A stretch of DNA of 64,000 nt from Octopus bimaculoides (lineage: Eukaryota), in the NCBI RefSeq assembly GCF_001194135.2, contig NC_068990.1, positions 90,354,959 through 90,418,958 on the forward strand, read 5' to 3'. How positions within the stretch are numbered: position 1 is the first letter of the stretch; each line of letters opens with the position of its first letter. The notes below the pieces were generated by a model, which was given only the letters and a program-made list of their open reading frames with translations, did no database searches and was not told the origin of the DNA. The position numbers and the translations under genes are program-made. Positions 50,411-64,000 of the stretch are shown here, piece after piece.

Positions 50411-50476
50411 TGAGGGAGATTTGACTGCTATTTCTAAGGGACTGCTACTTCTGAGGGAGATTTGACTGCTATTTCT
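50411..50476. repeat. 25-bp direct duplication
   Basis: tgagggagatttgactgctatttct at 50411-50435 and 50452-50476. Its reverse complement resembles gaaatagcagttaaactccctca at 781-803. Confidence 0.85.
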
Positions 50477-50699
50477 GAGAGCCCCAGTGATCACTTGCAG
50501 CCTGCTCCCTCATTGGCTATTTGCTGTGGTGTTGATACCAATTCTGACGTCATTTCCGCTTTAGTGATAACAATGGTGTATATTTGAACACCGTCTTATC
50601 TTCTTGTCCGTCTCCTACAAATCGCTTTTCCTGTCTTTTCATAATTGGTATCAGTAAACTCATCAATCTCACCGTTAATAGCACGACAACTGCCGCTGC

Positions 50700-51390
50700 T
50701 TGATATTGCCACCACCAGCATCACCAGCACCAGCACCACCAACACCAACACCACTACCATCACCACCATCACCACCTGCATCGCCAGCACCACCAGCAGC
50801 ACCACCAGCATCACAACTACCATCACCACCACCACCAACAACAACAACAACACTATCACCATCACCACTCCCACCAAAACCACCATCACCACCACCACCA
50901 CCNNNNNNNNNNNNNNNNNNNNNNNNNNNNNNNNNNNNNNNNNNNNNNNNNNNNNNNNNNNNNNNNNNNNNNNNNNNNNNNNNNNNNNNNNNNNNNNNNN
51001 NNNNNNNNNNNNNNNNNNNNNNNNNNNNNNNNNNNNNNNNNNNNNNNNNNNNNNNNNNNNNNNNNNNNNNNNNNNNNNNNNNNNNNNNNNNNNNNNNNNN
51101 NNNNNNNNNNNNNNNNNNNNNNNNNNNNNNNNNNNNNNNNNNNNNNNNNNNNNNNNNNNNNNNNNNNNNNNNNNNNNNNNNNNNNNNNNNNNNNNNNNNN
51201 NNNNNNNNNNNNNNNNNNNNNNNNNNNNNNNNNNNNNNNNNNNNNNNNNNNNNNNNNNNNNNNNNNNNNNNNNNNNNNNNNNNNNNNNNNNNNNNNNNNN
51301 NNNNNNNNNNNNNNNNNNNNNNNNNNNNNNNNNNNNNNNNNNGTGGTGGTGGTGGTGGTGGTGGCGGTGGTGATGGTGGTGGTGGTGGAC
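50700..51390. repeat. (CAC/CAG/CAA)n array, gap, then (GGT)n
   Basis: Direct reading. Confidence 0.9.
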
Positions 51391-52124
51391 CTTTTCTTAT
51401 ACTGTTGCTACTCGTCTTCACAGATACGATGGTAACTCTGGTGATCATTGAAATTCCCATTTTGTTCGTCATTGAATTTGTCCGTAAATTGTATTCCACC
51501 AATTTCTGTGTGGCTAGATTTTATGAATCTTCTGCTTTTTTTTTCTTTTGAAATCCTTTTTTCGTCACAGTAAATTATAACGTAGAACCCCACTGGGTTA
51601 AAATGTATGTTTAATGTTTTTACTTAGGAAAACTATTTAAGAATTAACATTTTAATTTTAATAGTAGATCAAGAAGGCATTTTGTTTTGCTGAGCTCAGA
51701 GAATATGACAGTGAAATATCAGAGAAGGGCTGAATATCTTAGTGCACTGAAGACGGGGGATTTGGTGGTAAGCAACATGATTAACCAACCCCGAATTTCA
51801 CTCTCATTATGTGCTTAAATGCAGTCGAAGTTTAATATCATAAGGTGTTCTGTAAGTAGTTCTTTTTTTTTTTTGTTTTTTAATGTTAACACTGCTACCA
51901 GGCTGTAAATAAATACAGTGATACCTCGCAAAAGTATATGTGTAAAAAGAACATTACAAAATCTCAGACACACTTCAAAGAGCCATGTCATTCAAATCAT
52001 TGTTGATGCTACTGACCAAAAAGGAAAAAGAAATATTTCGAGTTTTTTCTTGCAAGTAGTTTCGCTGTAGACGAATTGAAAAACACGAAAGACAAACGTC
52101 AACAGATAATATTTGTTTCTTAAT

Positions 52125-52268
52125 GAGTTCAAATTCCGCCGAGGTCGACTTTGCCTTTCATCCTTTTCGGGATCGATAAATTAAGTACCAGTTACATACT
52201 GGGTCAATCTAATCGACTGGTCCCCTCCCCCCAAAATTTCGTGTCTTGTGCTTAGAGTAGAAAAGAAT
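52125..52268 (+). mobile_element. SINE family A, 5'-truncated
   Basis: gagttcaaattccgccgaggtcgactttgcctttcatcc...cttgtgcttagagtagaaaaga. Confidence 0.9.
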
Positions 52269-52339
52269 ATTCGTTCCTTAAGGTTTTCTTAGGTTACAGT
52301 AAAATAACAGATGTTGAAATTGGAGGCATTAGAAAGAAA

Positions 52340-53340
52340 GAAATCGTGAGGTTGAAATTTATTAAGACTCTGTCAAGAGGATTAATAAATGATAAAGTTC
52401 CTCTCAATAAGCTCGCCAGTGTTACAACAGATGGGGAGCCTGCAATTTGTAGCGGAAACCCTGGATTAATTCCATTTATGCACCATAATCTCAGGCTATC
52501 AGGTATAAACCTGGCAGCTACCTACTTCAGGTATGAAGACCTCTTATAATTTCTGAACTTGAAATTATCAATTATATATGCTTATTTGTAAGGAGCCATC
52601 GACATTTCGGAAAAGTTAATGAGAATCATGAAAATGACGATAAAACTTCCAGATCCCCGTTTCTACTGCATTCAGAGTTGGATGTCGACCAGTAATGAAT
52701 ATATTGAATAAGTTTATAGGTTTGTTAAATCTAATATTAAGCATCCTATCCTCAAGTAGAAAATGAATGCATGCAAGATTCGTTCTTTCTCTCAGTGATA
52801 TAGTGAATCATCTATGAACTCTCGACTTGGCACAATAAAACTATTTCTAAGTTTAAACTTACATATCTCAGAATAAAATAAGGTCTCTTCAAAAAGACAT
52901 ACGTCCAAGAATCTTCGGTTGCATTCTTATCTTAGTAAGAAATTAAATATAGTCCATGATATTAGAATAATAGACAACACACTAGTAAATTACAAGAGTG
53001 ATTGATAATTCTTTTGCCAGGCATTTGTTGACATGTACAAGTTAAAGCTCTACTTACTATTTCGGTTTATGTCATCAACGGAGTTTGTTCAGTTCACGAA
53101 ACGCAGACTACAGATTTGTCTACGACTGGAATGAAATTTCAGGAAGACCCGAGTTTAAAGAATATTCTCCTAGCCAATGCCTGGGATTTTGAGATAAATT
53201 CGAAAACTCTAACATCGAAAACTGATTGGTGTATTATTATTTTCGATTCAGACACGCTGATGCTGTAAATCAACAACGAAACTTTTGGATTTGAAGCATC
53301 GTACGAACTTTAAAAATAAATATCTGAGGTCGCTAATTTG
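52340..53340 (+). mobile_element. Decayed hAT-like transposase remnant
   Basis: LNKLASVTTDGEPAI resembles the hAT 'KL.S.TTDGAP.M' catalytic motif. Downstream sequence is too eroded to align by eye, so the right boundary is a guess. Confidence 0.5.
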
Positions 53341-53987
53341 CACAAGCTTGAAAATATTACACAGACAGATTTTCAACAACCTACTGCCAAAAAATAAACG
53401 GCGTCTTTAATAGCCAGATAATTGTAGAATTGCCTCTTTATTATGAAAATATCATAAAAAGGCTAATTTTGTAAGGTTGTAACGGTTTAAAATGTTTAAT
53501 TTTACGCATTCGCTTTTATTTATTTTACATATTTTCACCCATGTTTTAACCATATATTTACAAATATTAATAAACATCATCAAAAACATCATTTTCAATT
53601 TTACTTTTATTTTTCGCTGTCTAATTTTATGCTTCTCAAACGCAAATTCGTCTATTTGGTTGCAATGTTCTCACAGTTCATTACAGAATCAAAGACATTC
53701 AATATCATTAAATCAATCTTCAATGAAGATTTGGAAAAAACATTTTGAGTAACGATTACAGAAAGTAATACAAATTAGCAGTTTCAAAAAATAAGACAGC
53801 TAAATATTATCGCATTTCTTCATAATTGTCTGTAACAAAATGTCTAAATAACGAAAACGTGATATTTCTTCTTTCTAAAGCATTCCAGCTATTAATCACC
53901 AAAACATTTTTGCAAGATTATCTTACATTAATCAAGTATGTATGTATGTATGTATGTATATTTATATATGCATGTTTGTATACATTC

Positions 53988-54052
<65 letters not shown>

Positions 54053-54299
54053 CATATGCAGTCTCGTGCTACGCATACAAATCTATTTCCCTACTGATAT
54101 AATCTGGGTTACCATGACGCATTAGTTGAAATAAAATAAGTTATTTTATTCGTACATACATACATACATACATGCATACATGCATACATAGGCGGTGGCC
54201 GTGTTCTTGTGGCATATGTAGCGCGTATTGTGACACTGAAACAACATCTGCCGCAGAGGAAAGTTTATGATATGTATTAGTCAGATTTTTGTCCTCATC

Positions 54300-54800
54300 T
54301 TAATTGTTGCTTTCCTTAGGATTCGGTTGTTGTATGCTTCAGCCTTCTTCAGGTGTCTTAATACAAAATATTTAGTTTCAGTTCTACACCTGACTTATTT
54401 GCCAAACAAAACGAAAGACCTTATTCAATCGACACATCATCTAATTCACCACACAGAACGAAAGATCTCCATGTTTAATCGACACCTCTTCTACCTTGTC
54501 ATACCGATTGTTTTCCATTCAGCTACCTCTGTTTCTTTTTTTAATCTGTTCTTGCTTTAATACGTTATACACGCACAAAAAAATCTTCATTTATTCTGCA
54601 CTTCCGTGTTTCGACACTGCACCGAAAGTTTTTCTCATTCATTCTACACCGCTTCAGTATTTCCACACTAAACCAAGAGATATTGTCATTCATTCTACTC
54701 CAATCTTAACATGTGATATTGAACGAAACATCACTTTCATTCTATAATACATCTCTCTCCAAAGATTTCTCACTAATCACACGCCAAAGTTTACACAATA
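54300..54800 (-). mobile_element. Possible RTE-LINE remnant
   Basis: Purine-rich minus strand with weak SHVKIG and CACI.VLK.. similarity to RTE post-RT motifs. Confidence 0.3.
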
Positions 54801-56419
54801 ATTCCCAGTAATTCTGTCAAATATACGATCTATCACTTTTACAGAGACCTGTAGGGACTTTTCTCCTGCGGTCTACAGCTACACAAGGCATCTCTTATGG
54901 AGAGGAGACTTTTACTATTAAATATTTTTCGTGTAATCTAACAACATAGCAACACCTCATATGCACATAGCATATTTACAAACACATATCCATATAACTA
55001 TGCATTAATGTTCTTTCTACAAACAAGCTCGCATACATGCACATACACGGATATCCCTACACACTTCGACACATACACGCATATATATATATATATATAT
55101 ATATANNNNNNNNNNNNNNNNNNNNNNNNNNNNNNNNNNNNNNNNNNNNNNNNNNNNNNNNNNNNNNNNNNNNNNNNNNNNNNNNNNNNNNNNNNNNNNN
55201 NNNNNTATATATACAGAAGAAAATAAACATATAAATGCTCACACGCAGTAATAATATTCAGGTATCAGAAAGAGAGAAAACAAAAGCCAAAATGATCTTC
55301 GAGCAATGCATCAAATGATCTTTGTTGTTTCATACACAATTAGAAGAGTTGAATTGGTTGTTTAAAATCTTGCAATGTATATGTAACGTTTTTCATTTTT
55401 ATTCTGTGTAATATTGTAATATTTTATGTAGGCTGCAGTGTTGACTCCCACTGCAAGCAGTTGTCAATATAGCAGTAAAAATTTGGTGTTTACTGCAATT
55501 TTTTCTCAGCTTGAAGTGTACTACATGTGATGGATTTATGAATTAATGAATTTACATGGTAGAATAGTAGGAAGGTGGCGATGGGGGTGTTTAATTATTG
55601 TTGCAGTCGTTGTAATGTTTTCACCAAGGGCATAATGTTTCAAATTATTTCATTCTACAAAATGTCAGTTTTATAAAATATGAAAAACAAAAACATAATG
55701 TATTACTACTTGGTTGTTTTGAGTCAAAATTTCAAATTAATGAGGGAATATCGCTTTAAATGAATTATTCCGTGTTCAATCGTTTATTGAGGACATGTCG
55801 ATTTCGGCTTAAAATAAAATCCCTCGTGAAATTTGCAAACAATTTTGCAGAATGTTTATATAAAATATGTAAATATATAAATTTTACTGTCAACCAATAA
55901 ATAAGATTATGACAGAAATCGGTAGTAAATCAGGTTTCTATGTGGACATTTGGTAGCTCATATTTTGTCATCGTTTCAGCATCGTATCCAGAATTAAGCC
56001 CCACCCTGCTCGCTAGAAATTCTAGAAGAGCTTATCGGTGGATGCAGAGATACCAAGGTAACATAAATAATTCATTGATTTGCGGAGTGGAGTTCAGTTT
56101 CATGTTAGAATATATATTGTGGATATATAAAAATGAATCCAATATCTTTTATCGCAATCAGTGAAAGACGGCGTCAGTGATTATAGGTTTCCAATGGACT
56201 GAGAATAACAGTTTATCGAAACTTGGTGGGAGAGAGGATAACAAGAGGGTGGGCTATATTGACTAAGGTAAATATGCCCCATCCACATTCCACCCTTGCA
56301 AAAACGAAATACAAATAGGGGAGAAAGATTCATATTAATGAAAATATAATTAATGGTTAACAATGATTGGTGTGAGTGTTTCTTTCTGATATCTACGAAT
56401 ATGTATATGCATACACACA

Positions 56420-56571
56420 TATACACACGCCACCACACCCTGCCGGAATCTCCTGTAGCTTTTAGGTGTTTTCGTTCAATAAACACTCACAACGTCCGGT
56501 CTGGGAATCGAAACTGCGATCCTACGACCGCAAGTCCTCTGCCCTAACCACTGCGCCATTGCGCCTCCACC
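56420..56571 (-). mobile_element. tRNA-headed SINE (family D) head
   Basis: Reverse complement gtggaggcgcaatggcgcagtggttagggcagaggacttgcggtcgtaggatcgcagtttcgattcccagacc: A box TGGCGCAGTGG and B-box-like TTTCGATTCC. Confidence 0.8.
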
Positions 56572-57506
56572 TTCTATGGTATATTATTGTGTTCCGTAAT
56601 GTTATATTTTTCTCTCTTTTACTTCCGTATCATTAACATACAATTCTTTATTGAATACGTATCGCCATTATCTATTATATATTATATTTGTTATCGGGCA
56701 TTATCACATATATTCAGCTATTGTTCGCTTTGATTCCGGCTCAATTCCTCTTAGTCCAAGATATTGACCAGGGAATGGACTTTTTCATCAATTTTTAATT
56801 AGTGTTATTTTTATCGTTTCCTTTTTTTCTTTTTTTTCTGTTGCTTTGTTCTTATCGAAAATTCTTAAGTGCAGTTAGTTTTTATTCTTAACTTTATTGT
56901 TTACTGATATTGAGAGGAAAATGTATTCTTTTCATGTTGGCTTATTGACCTGACCAGATTTTTTTTGATAACATCTGAATATTTTCTAGATGCTGTGATG
57001 TTATTTTGTAATTTATATCTACATCAAACGCCTCCTGATACACATTTATACATCGTTGGTTTTACAGATTTGTTGTGGGTCTCAAATACTATAAAGCAGT
57101 TTTTCTAGTTTTCTAACATCTATTTATTTAGCTTCTCAATTATTTTCCTGAAACTGTAGATTATAACCGGGATGTTTACTGTATTTGTGCCTTCCTATCG
57201 TTTGGCATTGAGATCTGTTTTGAATAGTTCTCTTTATATTCAGTACTTAATTCACTGTTTGGAACGTTCTGTTTTACTTCTCTGATTTCAATGTTTAATC
57301 AAACTAAGCCTTTAGTGTTTAATGCATTTCATTTTTATTACGTAGCTTTAAAATATTTTTCCTTCCGCATACTCAATGTAGTGTCACTCTTAAATCCGTA
57401 GGTTCTCCAGTAAGGTAGAGCAGCCCTTTGTTTTCTGTTAAACCAGCCATATAGAAGAAGATCTATAAAGTTTTCAAAACAATTGTAGCTTTTTTTTTTT
57501 AATTGT

Positions 57507-57567
57507 TTCATTAAATTTGTAGAAGTGATTCCATTGCTTCATTAAATTTGTAGAAGTGATTCCATTG
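57507..57567 (+). repeat. Exact 30-bp tandem duplication (period 31)
   Basis: ttcattaaatttgtagaagtgattccattg twice. Confidence 0.95.
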
Positions 57568-57649
57568 AGAAAATACCTTCAGGAGAATAGCTTCTTTGGA
57601 GACATCCTGGTGTTTATCTTGTATATGTCTTACAGATATACGGAAATAA

Positions 57650-57868
57650 TAACCTTTCTACTAAAGACACAAGGCCTGCAAATTTGGGGGAGGAGACTAG
57701 TCGATTACATCGACCCCAGTGTTTCACTGGTACTAAATCTATAGACTCCGAAAGCATGAAAGGCAAATTCGACCTCGGTGAAATTTGAACTCAGAATGTA
57801 AAGACGGACGAAATGCCGTGAAGCATTTCGCTCGGTATGCTAACGATTCTGCCAGCTCGCCGCCTTAA
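57650..57868 (-). mobile_element. SINE family A, full length
   Basis: cctttctactaaagacacaaggcctgcaaatttggggg...gctaacgattctgccagctcgccgcctt. Confidence 0.92.
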
Positions 57869-58789
57869 ATATATCTTATAATCATTCTGCTTGTCATTGC
57901 GTTACTTAACCCGTAAGTAACGCATTCACGCGATTAGAGAAAAAGTGAGAGAAAGAAAAGAGGGAGAGAAAAAAGAGGCCTATGATCAATGGTGCATCAG
58001 TTTTGACTAGCATATCTCTTTTTCAAGCAATGCAGTTTAGGACTTCATTGTCCAAATGTATCTTCCTGTTAAAAGTTAACTGTAAATCGTTAATTGTAGA
58101 AGATTTGTCAATTATTTCTAGCGAGTCGGATAATCCCATAGATGTGGGAACTGTTCCTTGTTCTAGAGTTTTGATAACTGCTGATGTAGATAGCACAATT
58201 CTAATATTTATTCAGATGGAACATCTTAACAGAATCTTTGATATAGGTTTTTGTAGCTAATAGGGAGATGTTATCCTTTATAGCATGTTTAAAACTTTGT
58301 ACAACGTAATTTCCGACACGTACAAACTAGAATCATAGGATTTCTGTTTTCATAGCTTAGTTATTAGTGGAGGGGCTGGAGAGGAAATATTGTTTTCGTA
58401 AGGAAATAATGAAAGAAAAATTCTGATTCGACGTATGCTGCAGGAGACGCTCCTGTATTCAAATTCACCATAAAAATATCTACGCCATTGGTGCTTCACT
58501 CTGCAGTTACTTTTCAACAAGGTGAAGTTGAAATTCTCGGACACGAGAAACAGCTGACATCATGAATGACGAAACTCGTTGAGATGGTCAAAGCAATCGA
58601 TGGAAATATGGAGAATAGCCAGAACACAAATAACAAAAGAAATAATTATTTCACCTCATTGACTTCAAGGAAATTGTTACTTTTTCAACGAAAGACGGTT
58701 CGTATTCAAATCTGTTATTTTACTAAACCCATTTTTTCCGGCGCAGATCTGTATTATTTCCGTCGTTATTTAGTAAGGAAAAACGTTTT

Positions 58790-59530
58790 AGGTTGTTAAG
58801 AAGAACGTAATTGATATATTTATTTTCCGTTATATTCCTCTTGATGTCTTCTGATACTGTTCCCAAGGACCCAACAACAATTGGCCCTATCTTCACCTTC
58901 TTCATTTTCAATAGTCGGGCTGTTTCCTATTTAAAGAGGGTTGTATCTATTTTTTTCGTCTTCCTTCTTGACTATTCGTGGGTCAATGGGACATGTCTCA
59001 TCTACTATATAGCATCTAAGTCAGGTTTGTTTGCTCTAGTACCTGATCTAATTTGATTCGGAAATTCCACAGGAATTTGCAAGTCTCCGACTTCACCACC
59101 CTCTGTGGTCTGTGCTCACACCTCGTCTTGCCTCTCTCTAGCCTCAACTTTTCGCCCAGTTTCCAATGTAGCACTTTGGCTACCTGGTCGTGTCGCCACA
59201 ACTTGTAATGGTTTGGACAAGTCTAGGGCCTTTGTTGACGCTGTGGGCAATGGTTTCAGCCACTCCATTACGGATGTTGCACAGTTGAGATATTAATTTT
59301 AAAGTGGACTCTCCAGTTTGTGGCCAAGGCTTGGTCTTGCGCTGCCAGTATAGTGCTGTCAGTCTTTTTGTTTCAGTGCTCCTTTCTTCATCCAATCCCA
59401 CCACCCATGTTTTCCAGAAACTTCCTTTGTGGCTAAATAAAAGTGATTCTGGAGTCCCTTCTTGCGTAATTCTTCTTCCGGTCACTTTTGTACTTCTTTT
59501 ATTTTCCCTTTTTTTTATCTGCTTTCATTT
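58790..59530 (-). mobile_element. R4/Dong-like LINE C-terminal region (thumb, zinc knuckle, REL), decayed
   Basis: WDWMKKGALK..LAAQDQALATNW; ETIAH; RHDQVAKVLHWKL; CKFLWNF.I..D; KMKKVKIGPIVVGSLGTVSED. Confidence 0.85.
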
Positions 59531-59559
59531 CTCCTTCATTCCTAATTGACACTAGCAAT

Positions 59560-59566
59560 AATATTA

Positions 59567-59615
<49 letters not shown>

Positions 59616-59617
59616 TA

Positions 59618-59648
<31 letters not shown>

Positions 59649-59742
59649 TATAATAATAATAATAATAGTAATAATAATAATAATAACAACACACAAAATA
59701 ATATTAATAATAATAATAATAATAATAATGATAATAATAATG

Positions 59743-59790
<48 letters not shown>

Positions 59791-59811
59791 TAATAATAAT
59801 AATATTAATAA

Positions 59812-59846
<35 letters not shown>

Positions 59847-60383
59847 TAATAATAATAATAATAATAGTAATAATAATAATAATAACAACAACAATAATAA
59901 TATTAATAATAATAATGATGATGATGATGATGATAACGATGATAAGCATATTAATATNNNNNNNNNNNNNNNNNNNNNNNNNNNNNNNNNNNNNNNNNNN
60001 NNNNNNNNNNNNNNNNNNNNNNNNNNNNNNNNNNNNNNNNNNNNNNNNNNNNNNNNNNNNNNNNNNNNNNNNNNNNNNNNNNNNNNNNNNNNNNNNNNNN
60101 NNNNNNNNNNNNNNNNNNNNNNNNNNNNNNNNNNNNNNNNNNNNNNNNNNNNNNNNNNNNNNNNNNNNNNNNNNNNNNNNNNNNNNNNNNNNNNNNNNNN
60201 NNNNNNNNNNNNNNNNNNNNNNNNNNNNNNNNNNNNNNNNNNNNNNNNNNNNNNNNNNNNNNNNNNNNNNNNNNNNNNNNNNNNNNNNNNNNNNNNNNNN
60301 NNNNNNNNNNNNNNNNNNNNNNNNNNNNNNNNNNNNNNNNNNNNNNNNNNNNNNNNNNNNNNNNNNNNNNNNNNNNNNNNNNN

Positions 60384-60431
<48 letters not shown>

Positions 60432-61112
60432 GTGATGGTGATGATGATGGTGATGATGATGATGATGATGATGGAGATAATGATGATGATGATGATGATG
60501 ACGATGATGACGATGGTGATGATAATGATGATGATGATGATGACGATGATGATGATGACATTGATGATGATGATGATGACATTGATGATGACGATGATGA
60601 TGATGATGATGTTGATGTTGGTGATGGTGATGGTGATGTTGATGATGATGATGGTGATGAGGATGATGATGATGGTGATGACTATGATGGCGATGATGAT
60701 CATCATCATTGTGGTGGCGAACATGGGGATGCAGGTGGTGGCGGGGTTAGTTCATCGTGGTAGAGTTGATGGAGAAGGTGATTGTCATGATGATATTTTG
60801 AGGGTGGTAGGCATGGATGGGATCATAACGATGGCGGAGGTGCTGGTGCTGGTGGTTGGTGGATGGCGGCTGCTTGTATCAGTGTTTATAGCGTTTGCGA
60901 GGCGTTGCCGATAAGGATGGTGCTGACGGTGGTGGTCGTGCTGAAGGCAGCTATGGCGCTGAAGGTGGTAGTGATGGTGATGATGTTGATGATGATGGCG
61001 GTAGGAATGTTGAGATGATTAAGGAAACTCCTAGGGATCATAATGCTGATGATGGTGATGATGATGGAGGTGGCGAAGATGATGCTTGTGATGGCAGTGT
61101 TTGTAATAGTAG

Positions 61113-61168
<56 letters not shown>

Positions 61169-61202
61169 CATCTATCTATCTATGTATATACATATATATA
61201 TA
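59560..61202 (+). repeat. ~400-bp (AAT)n, gap, degenerate (GAT/GGT)n array, then (TATC)n
   Basis: Direct reading. Confidence 0.9.
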
Positions 61203-63281
61203 NNNNNNNNNNNNNNNNNNNNNNNNNNNNNNNNNNNNNNNNNNNNNNNNNNNNNNNNNNNNNNNNNNNNNNNNNNNNNNNNNNNNNNNNNNNNNNNNNN
61301 NNNNNNNNNNNNNNNNNNNNNNNNNNNNNNNNNNNNNNNNNNNNNNNNNNNNNNNNNNNNNNNNNNNNNNNNNNNNNNNNNNNNNNNNNNNNNNNNNNNN
61401 NNNNNNNNNNNNNNNNNNNNNNNNNNNNNNNNNNNNNNNNNNNNNNNNNNNNNNNNNNNNNNNNNNNNNNNNNNNNNNNNNNNNNNNNNNNNNNNNNNNN
61501 NNNNNNNNNNNNNNNNNNNNNNNNNNNNNNNNNNNNNNNNNNNNNNNNNNNNNNNNNNNNNNNNNNNNNNNNNNNNNNNNNNNNNNNNNNNNNNNNNNNN
61601 NNNNNNNNNNNNNNNNNNNNNNNNNNNNNNNNNNNNNNNNNNNNNNNNNNNNNNNNNNNNNNNNNNNNNNNNNNNNNNNNNNNNNNNNNNNNNNNNNNNN
61701 NNNNNNNNNNNNNNNNNNNNNNNNNNNNNNNNNNNNNNNNNNNNNNNNNNNNNNNNNNNNNNNNNNNNNNNNNNNNNNNNNNNNNNNNNNNNNNNNNNNN
61801 NNNNNNNNNNNNNNNNNNNNNNNNNNNNNNNNNNNNNNNNNNNNNNNNNNNNNNNNNNNNNNNNNNNNNNNNNNNNNNNNNNNNNNNNNNNNNNNNNNNN
61901 NNNNNNNNNNNNNNNNNNNNNNNNNNNNNNNCTAACGAATAGAGCCGTAAATTGAAATGCCAGACATACCCGTATCACCATGATTTCGAAGTTTGTGAAA
62001 ATGCCACTTAGTTCTCATCAGCGAGTCTTTCTGCTCATTACCCCGATTTCAAGTAATGTGTATCTGAAAATTTGTGGTTGCAGTTGTCTTCCGACCGCCA
62101 TTTTTAGCTTGCTTGTGCTGATTGTAGCAATCTTAATTATTAATTAATAATTTTTTACATTATGGTATTTTTTACGCATGCTCACCATTTGATACTTTTG
62201 TAAACATTAATATTCTTATATATTTTTTATTATAACTCATTATTCACTCCGATCACCTTTTTAAATTTGCCACGGCATGAAAAACGGTTATCGCACATAT
62301 GGTTGAGATGGGCAGTCTTCTATGCAAATTCATTTTAGTTAAATATTGTAATTTAGGGAAGTTGGTTATTTGGTCTTTATGAACTTACGAGTCGAAAGGC
62401 TAGAGAAGGAAAAACAGAACCGATTTAACCCCCATCAAATAAAAAAAATAAAGAAAATCGAAAACCCTGGATCCAAATGATTTTATAATTCATTATTTTC
62501 ACATAATTACTGAGAATAAAACAAACCAATCAAAACCATAGCGTTTTCGTAGATAGGTCAGGTCACTAGCATGATAATTTGAAATTATTGAGAGTATTTA
62601 AAAAAATGTTACAAGAATTTATAGGATTATAACGAATTATCAAGAATTATGAAGGCCATAACGATGAAGGATAATGCAAACATTATAAAGATCTCACCTG
62701 AGTTTAGAAGCAAACTGAATGAATTATGAAATATATAGAATTATAAGCATTAATAGATACCGTTAGAACTAAGGATACACAAACATAGCTTTAATGTGAT
62801 CACTTTATTAGTATTAACAGTATTAAGATACGCTAGGTTACCTAAATATACTCCAGACTTCTTACAAGCAATTAAAATCTACATTGTAGGATTAAAGATA
62901 CGTATATAACAGTCGGAGAAGACTTTATGGTATCGGCTTAAATTTTAAGAAACTTCTAGGAATAGAACGTGAGCATTTGATCCTTTATCCCTCCGAAACT
63001 TATCCCCTTTATCCCTCGAAACTACGGTCCTATGATTGCAACCCAACACTCCAGACACACAAACACATAAACACAGGCATAGATACGCACATACATAAAA
63101 TGTTTTACGTTTTTATGTGAATCTACAGGACAATAAAAGGGCGGGAATTATGTTGATGAATTGCACGTTTTATGGAAGCCGACCATATGTAAACTACAGA
63201 CGGACAACAGGTTCAAAACATTCAGTTCTTTATTTTCTCAATAACAATTTGTAAACGGACACCTCCGTACCAATACACACC

Positions 63282-63362
<81 letters not shown>

Positions 63363-63926
63363 TCATCAATATCTCTATATATTCATCTGTTTACCTATTC
63401 ATCTAGCATATGTGTGTATGTATGTATGTATGTATATATATATATATATACATATATATGCATGTATGTATATGTATGTATGTATATACACACATGTATG
63501 TATATATTTACATATATATCTATGCGTGTATGATTTTATATATAGGCGTCTATGTATATTTATATGTACATCGCACAAAACATACTTCTATCGTTAGCAA
63601 GACAACGTGCTCATGTGTTTGTGCGTGTCGAATCTACACGCACATACTCACACGCCATGCATAATCTTGAATCAAAGGATGATATCGATTAAATAGATAA
63701 TTTCCAGACTATTCACGTCCTAAGTATCATCTTACGTGAAATCTTTTATTGAATTTCTATACTAGCTTTTAGACTCTTCGTATCAAAAGGACTCTAAAAC
63801 ATTTCTTTCATATCTTATACGACGAATGGAATTTAGACTTACGTACGATGCATAACTTTCATTACCCTACATACACAATGCCCACACCTTTACTCACTGC
63901 ATTTTTTCTGTTTGTCCACCTGTCTG

Positions 63927-63969
<43 letters not shown>

Positions 63970-64000
63970 GTCAATTTATTCATCCCTCCATCCATCCGTC

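Noticed and set aside
57982-58560. Possible CR1/L2 RT remnant on the minus strand
   Set aside because: Similarity (DLQLTFN...) is too weak to support by eye.
60384-61110. Asp/Gly-rich or Met-rich ORFs
   Set aside because: Degenerate (GAT/GGT)n array lying between gaps.

Overview
AT-rich eukaryotic animal DNA from a gapped draft assembly (16 N-gaps, nearly all bounded by microsatellites). The repeat families look like those I recall from Octopus genomes, so the source is probably an octopus; this is inferred from memory, not from a search. I found no protein-coding host exon I can support, and almost every ORF in the supplied track is a microsatellite or N-gap artefact. The window reads as intronic or intergenic DNA. 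It contains: about 20 tRNA-headed SINE copies or fragments from at least 4 families; at least 8 decayed R4/Dong-like (REL-endonuclease) LINE pieces; remnants of mariner, Chapaev3-like, hAT-like and Tc1/mariner-like transposases; a Penelope GIY-YIG remnant; and one complete 73-nt tRNA-like gene. Most unusual: (1) a palindromic tRNA-headed element joined to a minimal Penelope-type hammerhead motif (20435-20810); (2) a second hammerhead-shaped motif in an unrelated repeat (15771-15806); (3) an arginine-type tRNA body with a UAG (Leu) anticodon, just upstream of a SINE tail (6302-6440); (4) a 533-bp foldback of a LINE 3' end plus its flank, at the end of a stack of LINE 3' ends (1320-3058); (5) a 39-bp-arm foldback inside a SINE (34896-34979). 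Boundaries of decayed elements are approximate.
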